Source: Candidatus Saccharimonadia bacterium
Lineage (GTDB): Bacteria > Patescibacteriota > Saccharimonadia > UBA4664
Reading direction: 5' to 3'
Assembly: GCA_038245115.1 (NCBI GenBank)
Contig: JBBRSS010000001.1
Coordinates: 25,234 to 89,233 of the forward strand
Length of the DNA stretch: 64,000 nucleotides
Shown: positions 28,397 to 39,007 of the stretch, piece after piece
How the letters are laid out: every line of letters begins with the position of its first letter
Position numbering within the stretch: position 1 is the first letter of the stretch
The notes under the pieces: model-generated
What the model was told of the DNA's origin: nothing
The model's input: only the letters and a program-made list of their open reading frames with translations
Databases searched by the model: none
Position numbers and translations under genes: made by a program

Positions 28397-31393
28397 TTGA
28401 CACCGATCACGGCCATCTTTCAGATTATTGGCCTGATCTTATTTAAGTTTTACGGCTGGGTCGTTGTGGTAGCCGTACTCGGTTATTTGTTTTATCAAAA
28501 CCAGCGCAAGGTCAAATGGATCGGATCCACCGAGAACATCCTCCTGCTCATCGAAGTCCCCAAAGACAACGAAAAGAAGGAGTTGTCCGCCGAACAAATG
28601 TTTGCCTCGCTCCACGGCATCCTGCGTCCCAAATCCGAACTCCAGCGCGACGGGTCGATCCAGGAACACATCTCGTTCGAAATTGTCTCACGTCTTAATT
28701 CAATCCAGTTTTATGTCTGGACCCCCAAACATCTCAAGGACTTCGTCGAGAGCCAAGTCTACGCCCAATACCCGACCGTCCAGATCAAAGAAGGGCCGTC
28801 TGACTACTCCGCCATCGACATCGCTGGCCGAACCATCTACGGAACCGAACTCGGGCTCACCAAAAATTCGATGATGCCCATCAAAACCTTCGCCTCATTC
28901 GAGGTCGACCCCCTCGCCGGCATCACGGGCGTTTTAGCGAAACTCGAACAAACCGGCGAAGAAGTCTGGATTCAAATTCTAGCCCGGCCCATCGATGATT
29001 CCTGGCAAAACTTGGGCAAATCCTATATCGACGGCATCAAAGGGGGGAGTAAGGGACCTCTGGACATTTTCAGCCTCGATGGGCTACTCCAATTGCCGAT
29101 TTATATTATCACCACCTTCTTCACAGCCCTATTTACCCCGCCCAGCGCAACCGCCGGCAAAACCCCGGATAAAAAAGAGATCAGTACTGGCGACCAAACC
29201 GTCATAAAGGCCGTTGAAGAGAAAATCGTCAAGCTCGGCTATGAAGTCAAAATACGCATCGCCTATTTGGGGCCCGATGAAGCCTCGGGTAGACAACGGC
29301 TCCAAGCTATCGTGGGCGGGTTCAAACAATTCAATACAACCAACCTTAATGGCTTCACCAACGCCAAAATGTACAATTCAGCTGAGTTTATCGGCGACTA
29401 CCAGGCCCGGTTGTTCTTCGACTCCGGCTACATCCTCAATATCGAAGAGCTGGCGTCGCTATACCATCTGCCCCATAAGTCCGTTGAAACCCCCAACATG
29501 GTCTGGACGACGGCCAAAACCAGCGAGCCGCCCTCTAACATCCCCGTCGAAGGAATAGGGGAGCCTGGCGAACTCAGCCTCTTCGGCCTCACCAACTTCC
29601 GCGGCCGCCACCTCAAGTTTGGTATCAACCGCCGCGATCGAGGGCGCCACATGTACATCATTGGCCAGACCGGCGCCGGCAAATCATTCCTCTTGCAGCT
29701 GCTCACTTTGTCCGACATCTATCATGACCAAGGCTTCGCCATTGTCGACCCCCACGGCGACTTCGCCACCGACATCATGAAATACATCCCCGAGCACCGC
29801 CTCAACGATGTCGTCTATCTCAACCCGGCCGACCGTGACTTCCCGATGGCCTTTAACCCCATGGAAATCACCGACCCGGCCATGAAAGACCACATCAGCT
29901 CCGAACTCGTGGGTGTACTCAAGCGCATGTTCGAATCCTGGGGGCCGCGTTTGGAATACATTCTGCGCTATACCATTTTGGCCCTCCTCGACCACCCCGA
30001 TTCGACCATGCTCGACATTACCCGCATGCTCAACGAAAAAGACTTCCGCAAGCAGGTCATCAATAGCATTCAGGACCCGGTTGTTAAAAGCTTCTGGATT
30101 ACAGAATTCGCCTCCTGGAACGAAAAATTTGCTTCCGAGGCTGTCGCGCCTGTGCTCAACAAGGTCGGAGCATTCGTGGCCAACCCGCTGGTGCGTAACA
30201 TCATCGGGCAAAAAAAGAGCGCCTTCAATATTCGCGAAATCATGGACGAAGGCAAAATCCTCCTCGTAAACCTCAGCCGCGGTCAGGTCGGTGAAGATAA
30301 CGCCGCCATCCTAGGCGCCCTAATGGTTACCAAGATTCAGCTGGCCGCTATGAGCCGAGCCGACATGCCGCTCGAACAACGCCGCCCCTTCTATCTCTAC
30401 GTCGACGAATTCCAGAACTTCGCCACCGACTCGTTCGCGGTTATTCTCTCAGAAGCCCGCAAGTACGGCCTCAACCTCACCGTGGCCAACCAGTACGTCT
30501 CCCAAATGCCCGAGGTCGTGCGCGACGCCGTCTTTGGTAACGTTGGTACTATGGTAAGTTTCCGCATTGGACCGGGCGATTCTACCGTGCTCGGCCGCTA
30601 CTTTGAGCCCGTCTTTGAAGCCATTGACCTCACCAAACTCCACAACCAAAATATCTTCATCTCCATGATTATCGACGGCGAAAAAGCCGCCCCATTCTCG
30701 GCCTCAACCCTACGTATGCCCGATCCGGAAAACGATCAAACCGCCCGCATTATTTCGATATCCCGCGAACGCTTTGCCTCTCACCGAGAAGAAGTCGAGG
30801 TTGATATTCGTTCTCGTACAGCCGGTGGCAATGATCAAGGCGCTCGCGCCGTCAATACTTCCGCCGGTGATCAAAAACCGAACAAAGAACTACTTAACGT
30901 CCTCAAGAACCCCGACCGTCCCCGCAACGAGCCCAGGCGCGACGACCGTCGAGCAGGGGAGTCGGGGGGCGGGGGACGCGGCCCTGGGCGCGACGATAAC
31001 CGCCGCCCACACGAATCGCAGGGCGCCAGCGCACCATACAGCGGGGGAGGCGACCGCCGCGAGCGTTCAAACTCGAGCAGGGGAGCGAGCGCACCGTATC
31101 GGCCCAGTGCGGGAGCCAGTGCCCCCTACAAGCCTCGTCCCGAGAACCAGCAGCCGGCACCAGTCCAGCAGGCCCCTGCCAGCACCCCATATCGTCCCGA
31201 GGAGCACCGTGACGCCGCTCCAACCCCAACTCACATGCAAACCCCTCACCACCAAACGCAAACGCAACCGCCCGCCACACCAGCCACTCGCGCCCCGGAG
31301 CCAACTGCACCCACCCCAGCCGCCTCTACCAGCCACCCGTCCACCCAAGCATCCCATGCTGTTGAACCAGGCGAAGCTATCAGCCTGCGCTAA
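28397..31393 (+). CDS. Membrane-anchored VirB4/TraG/HerA-like P-loop ATPase with a low-complexity C-terminal tail
   Basis: HMYIIGQTGAGKS, DPHGD, LYVDEFQNF, EARKYGL. Confidence 0.88.
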   Translation: MTPITAIFQIIGLILFKFYGWVVVVAVLGYLFYQNQRKVKWIGSTENILLLIEVPKDNEKKELSAEQMFASLHGILRPKSELQRDGSIQEHISFEIVSRLNSIQFYVWTPKHLKDFVESQVYAQYPTVQIKEGPSDYSAIDIAGRTIYGTELGLTKNSMMPIKTFASFEVDPLAGITGVLAKLEQTGEEVWIQILARPIDDSWQNLGKSYIDGIKGGSKGPLDIFSLDGLLQLPIYIITTFFTALFTPPSATAGKTPDKKEISTGDQTVIKAVEEKIVKLGYEVKIRIAYLGPDEASGRQRLQAIVGGFKQFNTTNLNGFTNAKMYNSAEFIGDYQARLFFDSGYILNIEELASLYHLPHKSVETPNMVWTTAKTSEPPSNIPVEGIGEPGELSLFGLTNFRGRHLKFGINRRDRGRHMYIIGQTGAGKSFLLQLLTLSDIYHDQGFAIVDPHGDFATDIMKYIPEHRLNDVVYLNPADRDFPMAFNPMEITDPAMKDHISSELVGVLKRMFESWGPRLEYILRYTILALLDHPDSTMLDITRMLNEKDFRKQVINSIQDPVVKSFWITEFASWNEKFASEAVAPVLNKVGAFVANPLVRNIIGQKKSAFNIREIMDEGKILLVNLSRGQVGEDNAAILGALMVTKIQLAAMSRADMPLEQRRPFYLYVDEFQNFATDSFAVILSEARKYGLNLTVANQYVSQMPEVVRDAVFGNVGTMVSFRIGPGDSTVLGRYFEPVFEAIDLTKLHNQNIFISMIIDGEKAAPFSASTLRMPDPENDQTARIISISRERFASHREEVEVDIRSRTAGGNDQGARAVNTSAGDQKPNKELLNVLKNPDRPRNEPRRDDRRAGESGGGGRGPGRDDNRRPHESQGASAPYSGGGDRRERSNSSRGASAPYRPSAGASAPYKPRPENQQPAPVQQAPASTPYRPEEHRDAAPTPTHMQTPHHQTQTQPPATPATRAPEPTAPTPAASTSHPSTQASHAVEPGEAISLR
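31022..31195 (+). repeat. Intragenic GASAPY[S/R/K] peptide repeats
   Basis: GASAPYS, GASAPYR, GASAPYK plus degenerate ASTPYR in the ATPase tail. Confidence 0.75.
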
Positions 31394-32064
31394 GCTGCGC
31401 TGTTATCGTCGAGGATTAACGATTGATAGTTAGCAGGATCTGGATACCTGCTATAATGAGCCAAAATGTTCCTGAATTCGACGAGACCCGTAACTCTTAG
31501 TCGTGGGATAAGTCTCATCTTACCCATATGCATTGCTGCATATTCAATATCATCTTCAGATAGCTCCAAGTTCGCGCATACGAAATAAAGGGGGACTGAT
31601 TTTGGAAAATCCAGGTATTTTGGAATTTTGATATTTACGTTGCTTTGTAGGGTACGAATGGTATTGGGGTAAAAGATATCAATACCGATATTACCTTCCG
31701 GCGTGAACACCATAAAATCAAGCCTACTGCCTTGTCGCCCGTAGCGCTTCTCCGTATGAACATACAGCTCCCCAAACTGATGGATGAGTTCAATCTCAAG
31801 CTCTTGTTCGCTTTTTAGCCCCCGGATTGAGCTCTTGGTTGCACTAGCCGACCTATTTTCGCCACTGCCGAAATCAATATCCTCGTAGCCAAGGTCCTGA
31901 CGAAGCCTTTTTAGCCCACCAAATCCCCGTTGAATCTGTCGCGATGAAGGCAAAAAATTTGTATTGTCAATTTCGTGGGCAGTAGGAAGTCTCCCCTCTT
32001 CTAAAATAAATTTATCAAAGCCAGCCTTAATGTTCGCTAACGTCCAAATTGTTTCGAAAGTCAT
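31390..32064 (-). CDS. Homing-endonuclease-associated repeat + PD-(D/E)XK-like nuclease domain protein
   Basis: GRLPT..PSSRQIQRGFGG N-terminal repeat; E..RLDFMV..GIDIF C-terminal; AT-rich. Confidence 0.6.
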   Translation of the reverse strand: MTFETIWTLANIKAGFDKFILEEGRLPTAHEIDNTNFLPSSRQIQRGFGGLKRLRQDLGYEDIDFGSGENRSASATKSSIRGLKSEQELEIELIHQFGELYVHTEKRYGRQGSRLDFMVFTPEGNIGIDIFYPNTIRTLQSNVNIKIPKYLDFPKSVPLYFVCANLELSEDDIEYAAMHMGKMRLIPRLRVTGLVEFRNILAHYSRYPDPANYQSLILDDNSAA

Positions 32065-32433
32065 ATAACTCCTTCTTGTAAGGGGACACTAGGCTATGTA
32101 AATTAGGGCAAGAGCGTATGGGCAATCTGAGCATAAAAAGTATACACGATTTCAAGGGTTAACGAAAGGAAGAAAAGGGTACAAACATACTACTTGAAGC
32201 AAAAGCAGTTAACGTCGCACATTGTAGATTTTGCGGCCTAAATAAGCCAAAGCACTGTTTTAGAACCAAATACACCAAATATCAGGTTTTCAAATAATTT
32301 ATATAATTTTCTTTCTTTACGCTTTACTTGCTACCCCAACAAACTGCAATTCCCGAAAAACCCCTTATTCTTACCACCCCAAACAACTGCCTGACCAGGG
32401 CAGACAAAAACCGAACTTACAAATAGGGAACCG

Positions 32434-33237
32434 CTATTTATAATATGCCTTACCGGCAATGCGCAGGTCGATGTATTCCGCCGGAGTGCGCTTCTGAGCC
32501 ACTAGCAGCCGCTGTACGGCCTTCAAGTCCGCTATCTCCTCGCTGGTACTTCTATTGGTATCAAACAGCAACCGATACCCCTTGTTAGTCTGAGCCGACA
32601 GATCAAAGGTTGTATCTTTAATGTCTAATCGTGTCACTCCAATACCGCTTTGCGCCAACTCCGCCACAATCTGACTCGCAAATTCTACGAAGTGGACCGA
32701 AGCTACCCGTTGCCCAACCTGAACCGGCAAATTACTGCCATCATAAACCACCGGGAATATCACTGGCCCCGCTGCCACACCAATGACGGTGCCGTCCTTA
32801 TCGAGGACGTAAGTTTGATTACCGGTACTCCAACCCAAGCTAGCCTGCTTGAGTGTAGAAGTTACAACAATAGTATGAAACCACTTACGCTTCACTGTCA
32901 CTGTTCGTAATGACGGATCGGTTTGTTTTAATTTTGCAATAAAATCATCCGAACTAAAAGTTACCAGATTCCCCCACCACAGATTGCCCGCCACCAATTT
33001 TCTGGATGCGGACTCTATTTCTGCCATGCGCGCCGGGGCGCTTACCGTTACCGTACGTAAGGCAAACAACTGCACTATCCCCCACCCCGCCAATAGTAGT
33101 AATACGAAAATTATCAGCCCTCTTCGCTGCAGGACACTCAGCCGCGGACGCCTTGGTCCCCTCCTTGGTCCCCTGCTCAATGGCTGTACCCGGCCGTACA
33201 CCGGACGGCCAGCCGACCTGACTATCCGCTGACTCAC
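32434..33237 (-). CDS. ftsQ: Cell division protein FtsQ/DivIB
   Basis: TM, POTRA-like region, C-terminal YIDLR; directly after murG. Confidence 0.85.
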   Translation of the reverse strand: MSQRIVRSAGRPVYGRVQPLSRGPRRGPRRPRLSVLQRRGLIIFVLLLLAGWGIVQLFALRTVTVSAPARMAEIESASRKLVAGNLWWGNLVTFSSDDFIAKLKQTDPSLRTVTVKRKWFHTIVVTSTLKQASLGWSTGNQTYVLDKDGTVIGVAAGPVIFPVVYDGSNLPVQVGQRVASVHFVEFASQIVAELAQSGIGVTRLDIKDTTFDLSAQTNKGYRLLFDTNRSTSEEIADLKAVQRLLVAQKRTPAEYIDLRIAGKAYYK

Positions 33238-34406
33238 TCAGTCTCCTCCGTGTTCGGTTTTTGTACAGGTTCACCCAATGCCAAGATAATTTTTCCTAAA
33301 TCTTCGGCTGCATTGGGCCGACCGAACACTTTTATAGCCGCCACCATATCCGCCTGTACAGTCTCATCACCCAGGACATAATCTATCTCGTCCGCAAATG
33401 AATCAGCCGTTAGCTTGGCTCCGTCCAACACCCGTACCGCACCCTGGCGCGACAACACGCGCGCATTCTCAACTTGATGCCCAGCCATCTCGTAATTGGG
33501 TATCAAAATCGTTGGCTTACCTAGTACGGCACTGTCATTAATAGTATTTACCCCTGCCCGACCGATCACCAAATCTGCCGCCGCCAGTGCCAACCCCATG
33601 TCGCCCATCAAGAACCCATACGGATGATAGCGGTCCGCCAACTTATATTTTGGCCGTCGGCTCAACTCAAACATTATTCGCGCAATTTCACCTTCGCCGG
33701 TCTGGTGAATAATCTGATACTTCTTTATCAACCGATCGAGACTTCCCAGAACAACGTTATTGATTTGTGCCGCCCCCTGTGAGCCGCCGGTAATCAAAAT
33801 TACCGGCACCGCCTCGTCTAGCCCAAAATGCGCAATTCCCTCCAGTCGATGTGCAGTCAAAATATCGGCCCGCACCGGGCTGCCAACATATACCAATTTG
33901 GATGGGTCGAACATGCGATAGCTCTTCACCGGAAAGCCCACGGCAATCTTATTTGCCCACCGACTCAGAATTTTATTAGTCAGCCCGGGCGTTGCATCAG
34001 ACTCGTGAATCACAAAAGGAATATTGAGCATTTTAGCCGCAATACCAACCGGTAGACACACATATCCGCCCTTCAAAAACACCACATCAGGCTTAAAGGT
34101 CCGCAGTATCCGCATTGCCTGCCCCACGCCCTGAACGGTTCGTAAGGTATCGCGCGCATTTGGCCCCAAGGTCGACAAATTGAAGATTTTGGCGAAGCCG
34201 GAGTCAAAGTGGTTTCGGCGAAATTTCCCCGCCGAAATTGGCGCGAACGTAAGTCCCGCACCCGCCACAATCTTTGCCTCCATACCGCCGGCCTGCCCTA
34301 TATAGAGCAGTTCGCCAGTACTATCGAGCAACTTTAACGCGTCGCTGGTTGCCAGCGTTGGCAAAATATGCCCCGCTGTTCCCCCGCCGCTCACGACTAC
34401 TCGCAT
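33234..34406 (-). CDS. murG: Lipid II GlcNAc transferase MurG
   Basis: GGGTAGH, GGYV, HESD..PG, GGSQGA, QVENA. Confidence 0.96.
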   Translation of the reverse strand: MRVVVSGGGTAGHILPTLATSDALKLLDSTGELLYIGQAGGMEAKIVAGAGLTFAPISAGKFRRNHFDSGFAKIFNLSTLGPNARDTLRTVQGVGQAMRILRTFKPDVVFLKGGYVCLPVGIAAKMLNIPFVIHESDATPGLTNKILSRWANKIAVGFPVKSYRMFDPSKLVYVGSPVRADILTAHRLEGIAHFGLDEAVPVILITGGSQGAAQINNVVLGSLDRLIKKYQIIHQTGEGEIARIMFELSRRPKYKLADRYHPYGFLMGDMGLALAAADLVIGRAGVNTINDSAVLGKPTILIPNYEMAGHQVENARVLSRQGAVRVLDGAKLTADSFADEIDYVLGDETVQADMVAAIKVFGRPNAAEDLGKIILALGEPVQKPNTEETE

Positions 34407-35553
34407 CGCTGACCTCTCTTACCGTGTACTTCGATATGTTAAGCAAAATTCCGACTCCGAATAGCGATACTAGCAGACTGGTGCCTCCGTATGATATAAA
34501 CGGCAGCGGAATGCCCGTGAGTGGAACTAGCGACAGCATTGCTCCAATATTAATCATAGCCTGAAACAGCAGCCATAGGGATATCCCGGTAGCCACCAGT
34601 CGCGAAAACATATCCGGTGCGGCTTTTGCCACCTTCAATCCGCGATATACCAGTATTCCAAATAATCCGATAATTGCCAGCGACCCAACGATACCGAACT
34701 CCTCGGCAATAATCGCGTAAATTGAATCATTAGCGGCCTCGGGCAAGTACCCGTACACCTGGATACTATGCCCCAAACCCAACCCCAGTATTCCTCCCGA
34801 CCCAACGCCCAACAGTGCCTGGCACACATGCAGCGACGCATCCAGCGCATACTTAGGATCATTACACCTAGGGTCAAAAAACGTCGTTAGCCTGCTCAAA
34901 CGATGTGGAAATAGCGCAATCGCCGCCCATCCTGCCATGGCGCTTCCGGCGAACAATAAGCCCAAGTGGCTCAGCTTCATCCCGGCAGCATAGAACATCC
35001 CCATCGTGGCCAGGGCCAGCACCATCATCGTGCCCATATCTCGCTGCAGCACCACAATCACGAAACACGCCGTACCTACCATTATCGCAAACGGCACAAA
35101 ACCATCCCAAAACGACCGGACATCACTCTGACGTTTCTCGAACCACAACGCCAAATACAAAATAAGCGTAATCTTGAGTATCTCAGCGGGCTGGACTGAT
35201 ATTGGGCCTACTTGAATCCAGCGAGTTGCCCCATGGGAGCTCTGCGCCAGTCCGGGTATCAATAAAGCCACCAGGCAAAGCACTGCTACTATCAACAACC
35301 GAGGCGCCCATTTACGCCAAGCTGTATACGGTATAGCAGTCGCAACCACCCATCCCACCACACCGAGCGCCACATACAATATTTGATTCATAAAATAATA
35401 GTTACGATCCGCACTTCCGGTCAATTTGTGGCTCAGGATAGGGCTGATTGAATACATCATTACTAGCCCCACAGCCAACAATATTGTCACGGCCAGCGCA
35501 ATCATATAATCAATGCGATGAGCGCGAACCGGACTCTCTCCAGCGTTTTTCAT
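34321..35553 (-). CDS. ftsW: SEDS family peptidoglycan polymerase FtsW
   Basis: GATRWI, QPAEILK, YLPEAANDSI, EEFG, LPFISYGGTS. Confidence 0.95.
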   Translation of the reverse strand: MKNAGESPVRAHRIDYMIALAVTILLAVGLVMMYSISPILSHKLTGSADRNYYFMNQILYVALGVVGWVVATAIPYTAWRKWAPRLLIVAVLCLVALLIPGLAQSSHGATRWIQVGPISVQPAEILKITLILYLALWFEKRQSDVRSFWDGFVPFAIMVGTACFVIVVLQRDMGTMMVLALATMGMFYAAGMKLSHLGLLFAGSAMAGWAAIALFPHRLSRLTTFFDPRCNDPKYALDASLHVCQALLGVGSGGILGLGLGHSIQVYGYLPEAANDSIYAIIAEEFGIVGSLAIIGLFGILVYRGLKVAKAAPDMFSRLVATGISLWLLFQAMINIGAMLSLVPLTGIPLPFISYGGTSLLVSLFGVGILLNISKYTVREVSDASSRERRGNSGAYFANAGNQRRVKVAR

Positions 35554-36605
35554 CAGAGCTTGTTACCTAATAGGGCCAAAACCAATCCCAAGGCTCCCAC
35601 TACCTGGCCGATCACCCACAACCGCATCGTCACTTTGGTCTCCGGCCAACCGATGGCCTCGAGGTGATGGTGCAATGGCGCCGACAAAAATATTTTGCGG
35701 TGCCAAAATTTCTTCGAAATAATCTGCACCACGCTCGATCCGGCCTCCACCACAAACACCGCCGCAATAATCGGCAAAACAAAGACAGTATTCGTCAACA
35801 TTGCTATCACCCCAAGCGTCGTGCCAAAGGCGAATGAGCCACTATCACCCATGAAAAACCGCGCCGGATAGATCGAGAACCAAGTATAAGTCAGCATGGC
35901 GCCCACAATGGTGGCGCAGAACCCGGCAATACCAAAGTTTCCCTGGAAGTAGCCAATTACTGCGTAGACCGCAAAGGCCGTCGAAAGCAGTCCCCCACTC
36001 AACCCATCGAGGCCGTCGGTAATGTTTACCGCGTTAGCCGTACTCACTACCACCGCAATAAACAACGGCACAATCAACCACCCAATACTAAAATCACCCA
36101 CTGCCGGCACGTGAATCAAGCTGTAGCCCAATTTGAGCGAGAAATACATCCCCCCCACTACTGCAATACCAAAGATGAGCGCAAATTTAATCTTCCCGCG
36201 CATTCCGGCGATGCCCAGTCCGTCGCTGCGAATATTCAGATAATCATCGAATAAGCCCACCAGCCCTGCCGCAATCAAAGAAAATAATGGCAGATAAGTC
36301 TGACTGCGCGACAGGTTAAATAGCAATGTCACCGTTGCCACGGCAATTATCAGCACTGCACCGCCCATCGTGGGAATATTGCGCTTATGCTTGGCCGCGT
36401 GCAATTTGGTATATATTGCGGCCTTTTCGCCCGTAATTGCATCCTCGCGCGGCTGCTTCCACAGCCTGTACTTAAAGCCCAACCGCGTATAAACCGGAAC
36501 CAACAGCATCGATACTATAAAGGCCCCAAAGGCCAACGAGCCAATCCGAGACAGGGAAGTAATTTCCTGCGCGTGTATAAAGTTAATTGTTGGTATAAAT
36601 GCCAT
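35553..36605 (-). CDS. mraY: Phospho-N-acetylmuramoyl-pentapeptide transferase
   Basis: PTMGG, DD, NAVNITDGLDGL, FMGDSGS, APLHHH. Confidence 0.97.
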   Translation of the reverse strand: MAFIPTINFIHAQEITSLSRIGSLAFGAFIVSMLLVPVYTRLGFKYRLWKQPREDAITGEKAAIYTKLHAAKHKRNIPTMGGAVLIIAVATVTLLFNLSRSQTYLPLFSLIAAGLVGLFDDYLNIRSDGLGIAGMRGKIKFALIFGIAVVGGMYFSLKLGYSLIHVPAVGDFSIGWLIVPLFIAVVVSTANAVNITDGLDGLSGGLLSTAFAVYAVIGYFQGNFGIAGFCATIVGAMLTYTWFSIYPARFFMGDSGSFAFGTTLGVIAMLTNTVFVLPIIAAVFVVEAGSSVVQIISKKFWHRKIFLSAPLHHHLEAIGWPETKVTMRLWVIGQVVGALGLVLALLGNKL

Positions 36606-36663
36606 AATTTTGCTTATTTAAGTTTAACATATCTGGTAATTTTAACCGTTTACTAAAAAAATC

Positions 36664-38424
36664 TCATGATGACGGAGGTATCCCATAATATTTAAACAGC
36701 CACCGGCAGACATCACCAAACACTGGTACTGTTGTGGTCTCGGCATACCCCGACACGCCTGGCTCATTAATCCGCACCATCACCACAAATTTTGGGTTTT
36801 CCGCCGGCGCGAAACCCACGAATGATCCGATATTCGCACCGTCAATATAGCCCTTGCCGTCTGGTCTAGGTATCTGCGCCGTTCCGGTTTTACCGGCAAT
36901 CTTATATCCCGGGTTCATCCCCCCGGCAATATAGCCAGACCCGTGCTGGACCACCACCTGAAGCATAGCGTTAAGATCTTTGGCCGCCGCGGGGCTAATT
37001 ACATGATCAGCCAAAATCTTCGACTGCTTTTGTTGCACCGTACCGTCAGGCATCATCGTCCCGTCAACCATCCGAGCCTGATACAGCCTTCCCCCATTTG
37101 CCACCGCGGCCATAGCCGCCACCATTTGAATCATCGTCACGCTCATACCCTGGCCAAAAGCCATGTTCGCATAAGTGACATTATTTCCAGCATTATTGCT
37201 TGGCTGAATTATTGAGCCCGCCGCTTCGTTAGACTGCTCAATTCCCGTCGGCACGCCAAACCCGAAGTGCTTAAGAAAGTACCCGTATAGCGTCTGTTTA
37301 CCCGCCAGGTTAAACCCGTTAGGGTCTCCGCCCAGCATCCGCAAAACGTACATTATCCCCGTATTGAGTGAATCGCGCAGCACGACCGTCATCGTCTTGC
37401 CCTTGCCCGACTTATCGCCCGCCGCATTGCACACCTGACGGTCATCAACCTTGTAGCAACCAGGGTCGTCATATGTGGAGTCGGGCTTAACCTTTCCCTG
37501 ATCCAGACCGGCGGCCATTGTAAACGCCTTCATGCCCGACCCAGGCTCGAATTGGCTCGACACTGCCTCATTCACAAACACACTAAAATCCGTAACCGAC
37601 CCATAGTTACCTGGATCGAATGTTGGATAATTCGCCATCGCCCGCACAGCCCCATTAACGGGATCCATTACCACGATACTGCCAGATTTAGCCTTAACCT
37701 TCTTAATCTGATCGGCTAACTCTTGCTCCGCCATTGCCTGAACATTTCGATCTATCGTCAGTACATAACTCAACCCATCTACCGGCGGTTTCACCACATT
37801 TTTGGCAGTGGCTATCGGGATGCCATAAGCGTCCGTTTTAGCCGCAAACTGCCCCGAAACGCCGGCCAAAGCTTTGTCCAAATAGCCCTCAATACCATAC
37901 TGACCTTGACCATCGAAGTTAACGAACCCCACTGCCTGCGCCGCCAACTGACCTTCCGGATAACTACGATAATCCCGGTCGACCAAAGCCACTCCAGCCA
38001 ACTTCAAAGCCTTAACTTTATCAGCCGTAACCGTTGGCACCCTCTCGGCCAATACGGCATATTCAATCCCTTTAGTCAGCTTGGACAAATATATCTTCGG
38101 ATCCCCGCCCAGTACACCGGCCAACTTTGCCGCCGCATCATTTTTATCCGCAATATACCTAGGGTCCGCATACACCAGCTTTAATGTTTGGTTGAGAGCT
38201 ATCGGCGAAGTCCCGTCACCATCATGCACATACAATTCTCCGCGTTTTGCGGGCATCTCGTATTTTCGGGTATGTTCATTTGACGCCTGCACAATATACC
38301 GGCCATGCTGAAAAATCTGCAGATAAACCAATCTTCCGGCCAAAATAAATCCCGACAATACCAAAATCGCCGTAAACGCGCTTATGCGTCGGCGCTGCCG
38401 TATTGCGTCATTGGAAAAACCCAT
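36664..38424 (-). CDS. ftsI: Class B PBP (FtsI/PBP3)
   Basis: EPGSGMK (SxxK), SLN, KTGTAQ; position in the dcw cluster; start set at ATG 38424. Confidence 0.92.
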   Translation of the reverse strand: MGFSNDAIRQRRRISAFTAILVLSGFILAGRLVYLQIFQHGRYIVQASNEHTRKYEMPAKRGELYVHDGDGTSPIALNQTLKLVYADPRYIADKNDAAAKLAGVLGGDPKIYLSKLTKGIEYAVLAERVPTVTADKVKALKLAGVALVDRDYRSYPEGQLAAQAVGFVNFDGQGQYGIEGYLDKALAGVSGQFAAKTDAYGIPIATAKNVVKPPVDGLSYVLTIDRNVQAMAEQELADQIKKVKAKSGSIVVMDPVNGAVRAMANYPTFDPGNYGSVTDFSVFVNEAVSSQFEPGSGMKAFTMAAGLDQGKVKPDSTYDDPGCYKVDDRQVCNAAGDKSGKGKTMTVVLRDSLNTGIMYVLRMLGGDPNGFNLAGKQTLYGYFLKHFGFGVPTGIEQSNEAAGSIIQPSNNAGNNVTYANMAFGQGMSVTMIQMVAAMAAVANGGRLYQARMVDGTMMPDGTVQQKQSKILADHVISPAAAKDLNAMLQVVVQHGSGYIAGGMNPGYKIAGKTGTAQIPRPDGKGYIDGANIGSFVGFAPAENPKFVVMVRINEPGVSGYAETTTVPVFGDVCRWLFKYYGIPPSS

Positions 38425-38566
38425 TACCCTATTCCTACTGTCCCCTCTTGAGCATCCGACCATAGCTCCTGCAAATGGTGCAGCGATATATCGCAACACA
38501 ATACACACGACCTACCGGCCAATGTAGCCAAAATAATTAGAGATGGAACGTGCATTATCTTGTACG

Positions 38567-38887
38567 CTACTTAGCAAACGATACTTGACCGGATGGTACC
38601 ATACCAGCCACGCCAGCAGCAGTCTTGGTAGCGCTGATTGACTGCAACCGAGCGGCTTCAACACTCAGCTCCTGCTTTTGAGCCAGAACCTGATTGCGTT
38701 GGACCGTCAGATCGGTGACCGTATATCCGAGCCTACCCGTCTTGGTTATTTGATGCAAATATAACAAAGCCATCACACTGATTAGTGCAATAACTACAAA
38801 TGTCGCCGAGGTCGGTCCCAGTACCATACTGGCCGGCTGGCGGTACAAATTCTGATTACGGCGCGCCGTAAGTGTCGCGGTAGTCAT
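38567..38887 (-). CDS. ftsL: FtsL-like cell division protein
   Basis: Small TM + coiled-coil protein between rsmH and ftsI. Confidence 0.75.
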   Translation of the reverse strand: MTTATLTARRNQNLYRQPASMVLGPTSATFVVIALISVMALLYLHQITKTGRLGYTVTDLTVQRNQVLAQKQELSVEAARLQSISATKTAAGVAGMVPSGQVSFAK

Positions 38888-39007
38888 GGCGCCTTATTCT
38901 CCTATTTTTGTTTTTTACTTTTTGTCGGACTTTTTGTTGAACACGTATTTATTGGAAGCTATGCGCGGCCCGAACATTTTTGACCGCGCATAGCCAACCG
39001 GGTGGCG

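Noticed and set aside
28397-31393. Conjugative element or ICE
   Set aside because: No relaxase, integrase, other T4SS genes or att repeats nearby; orphan ATPases of this type are common in CPR chromosomes.
32255-32300. GTTTTAGA resembling a type II CRISPR repeat start
   Set aside because: Single occurrence, no repeat-spacer periodicity and no cas genes.
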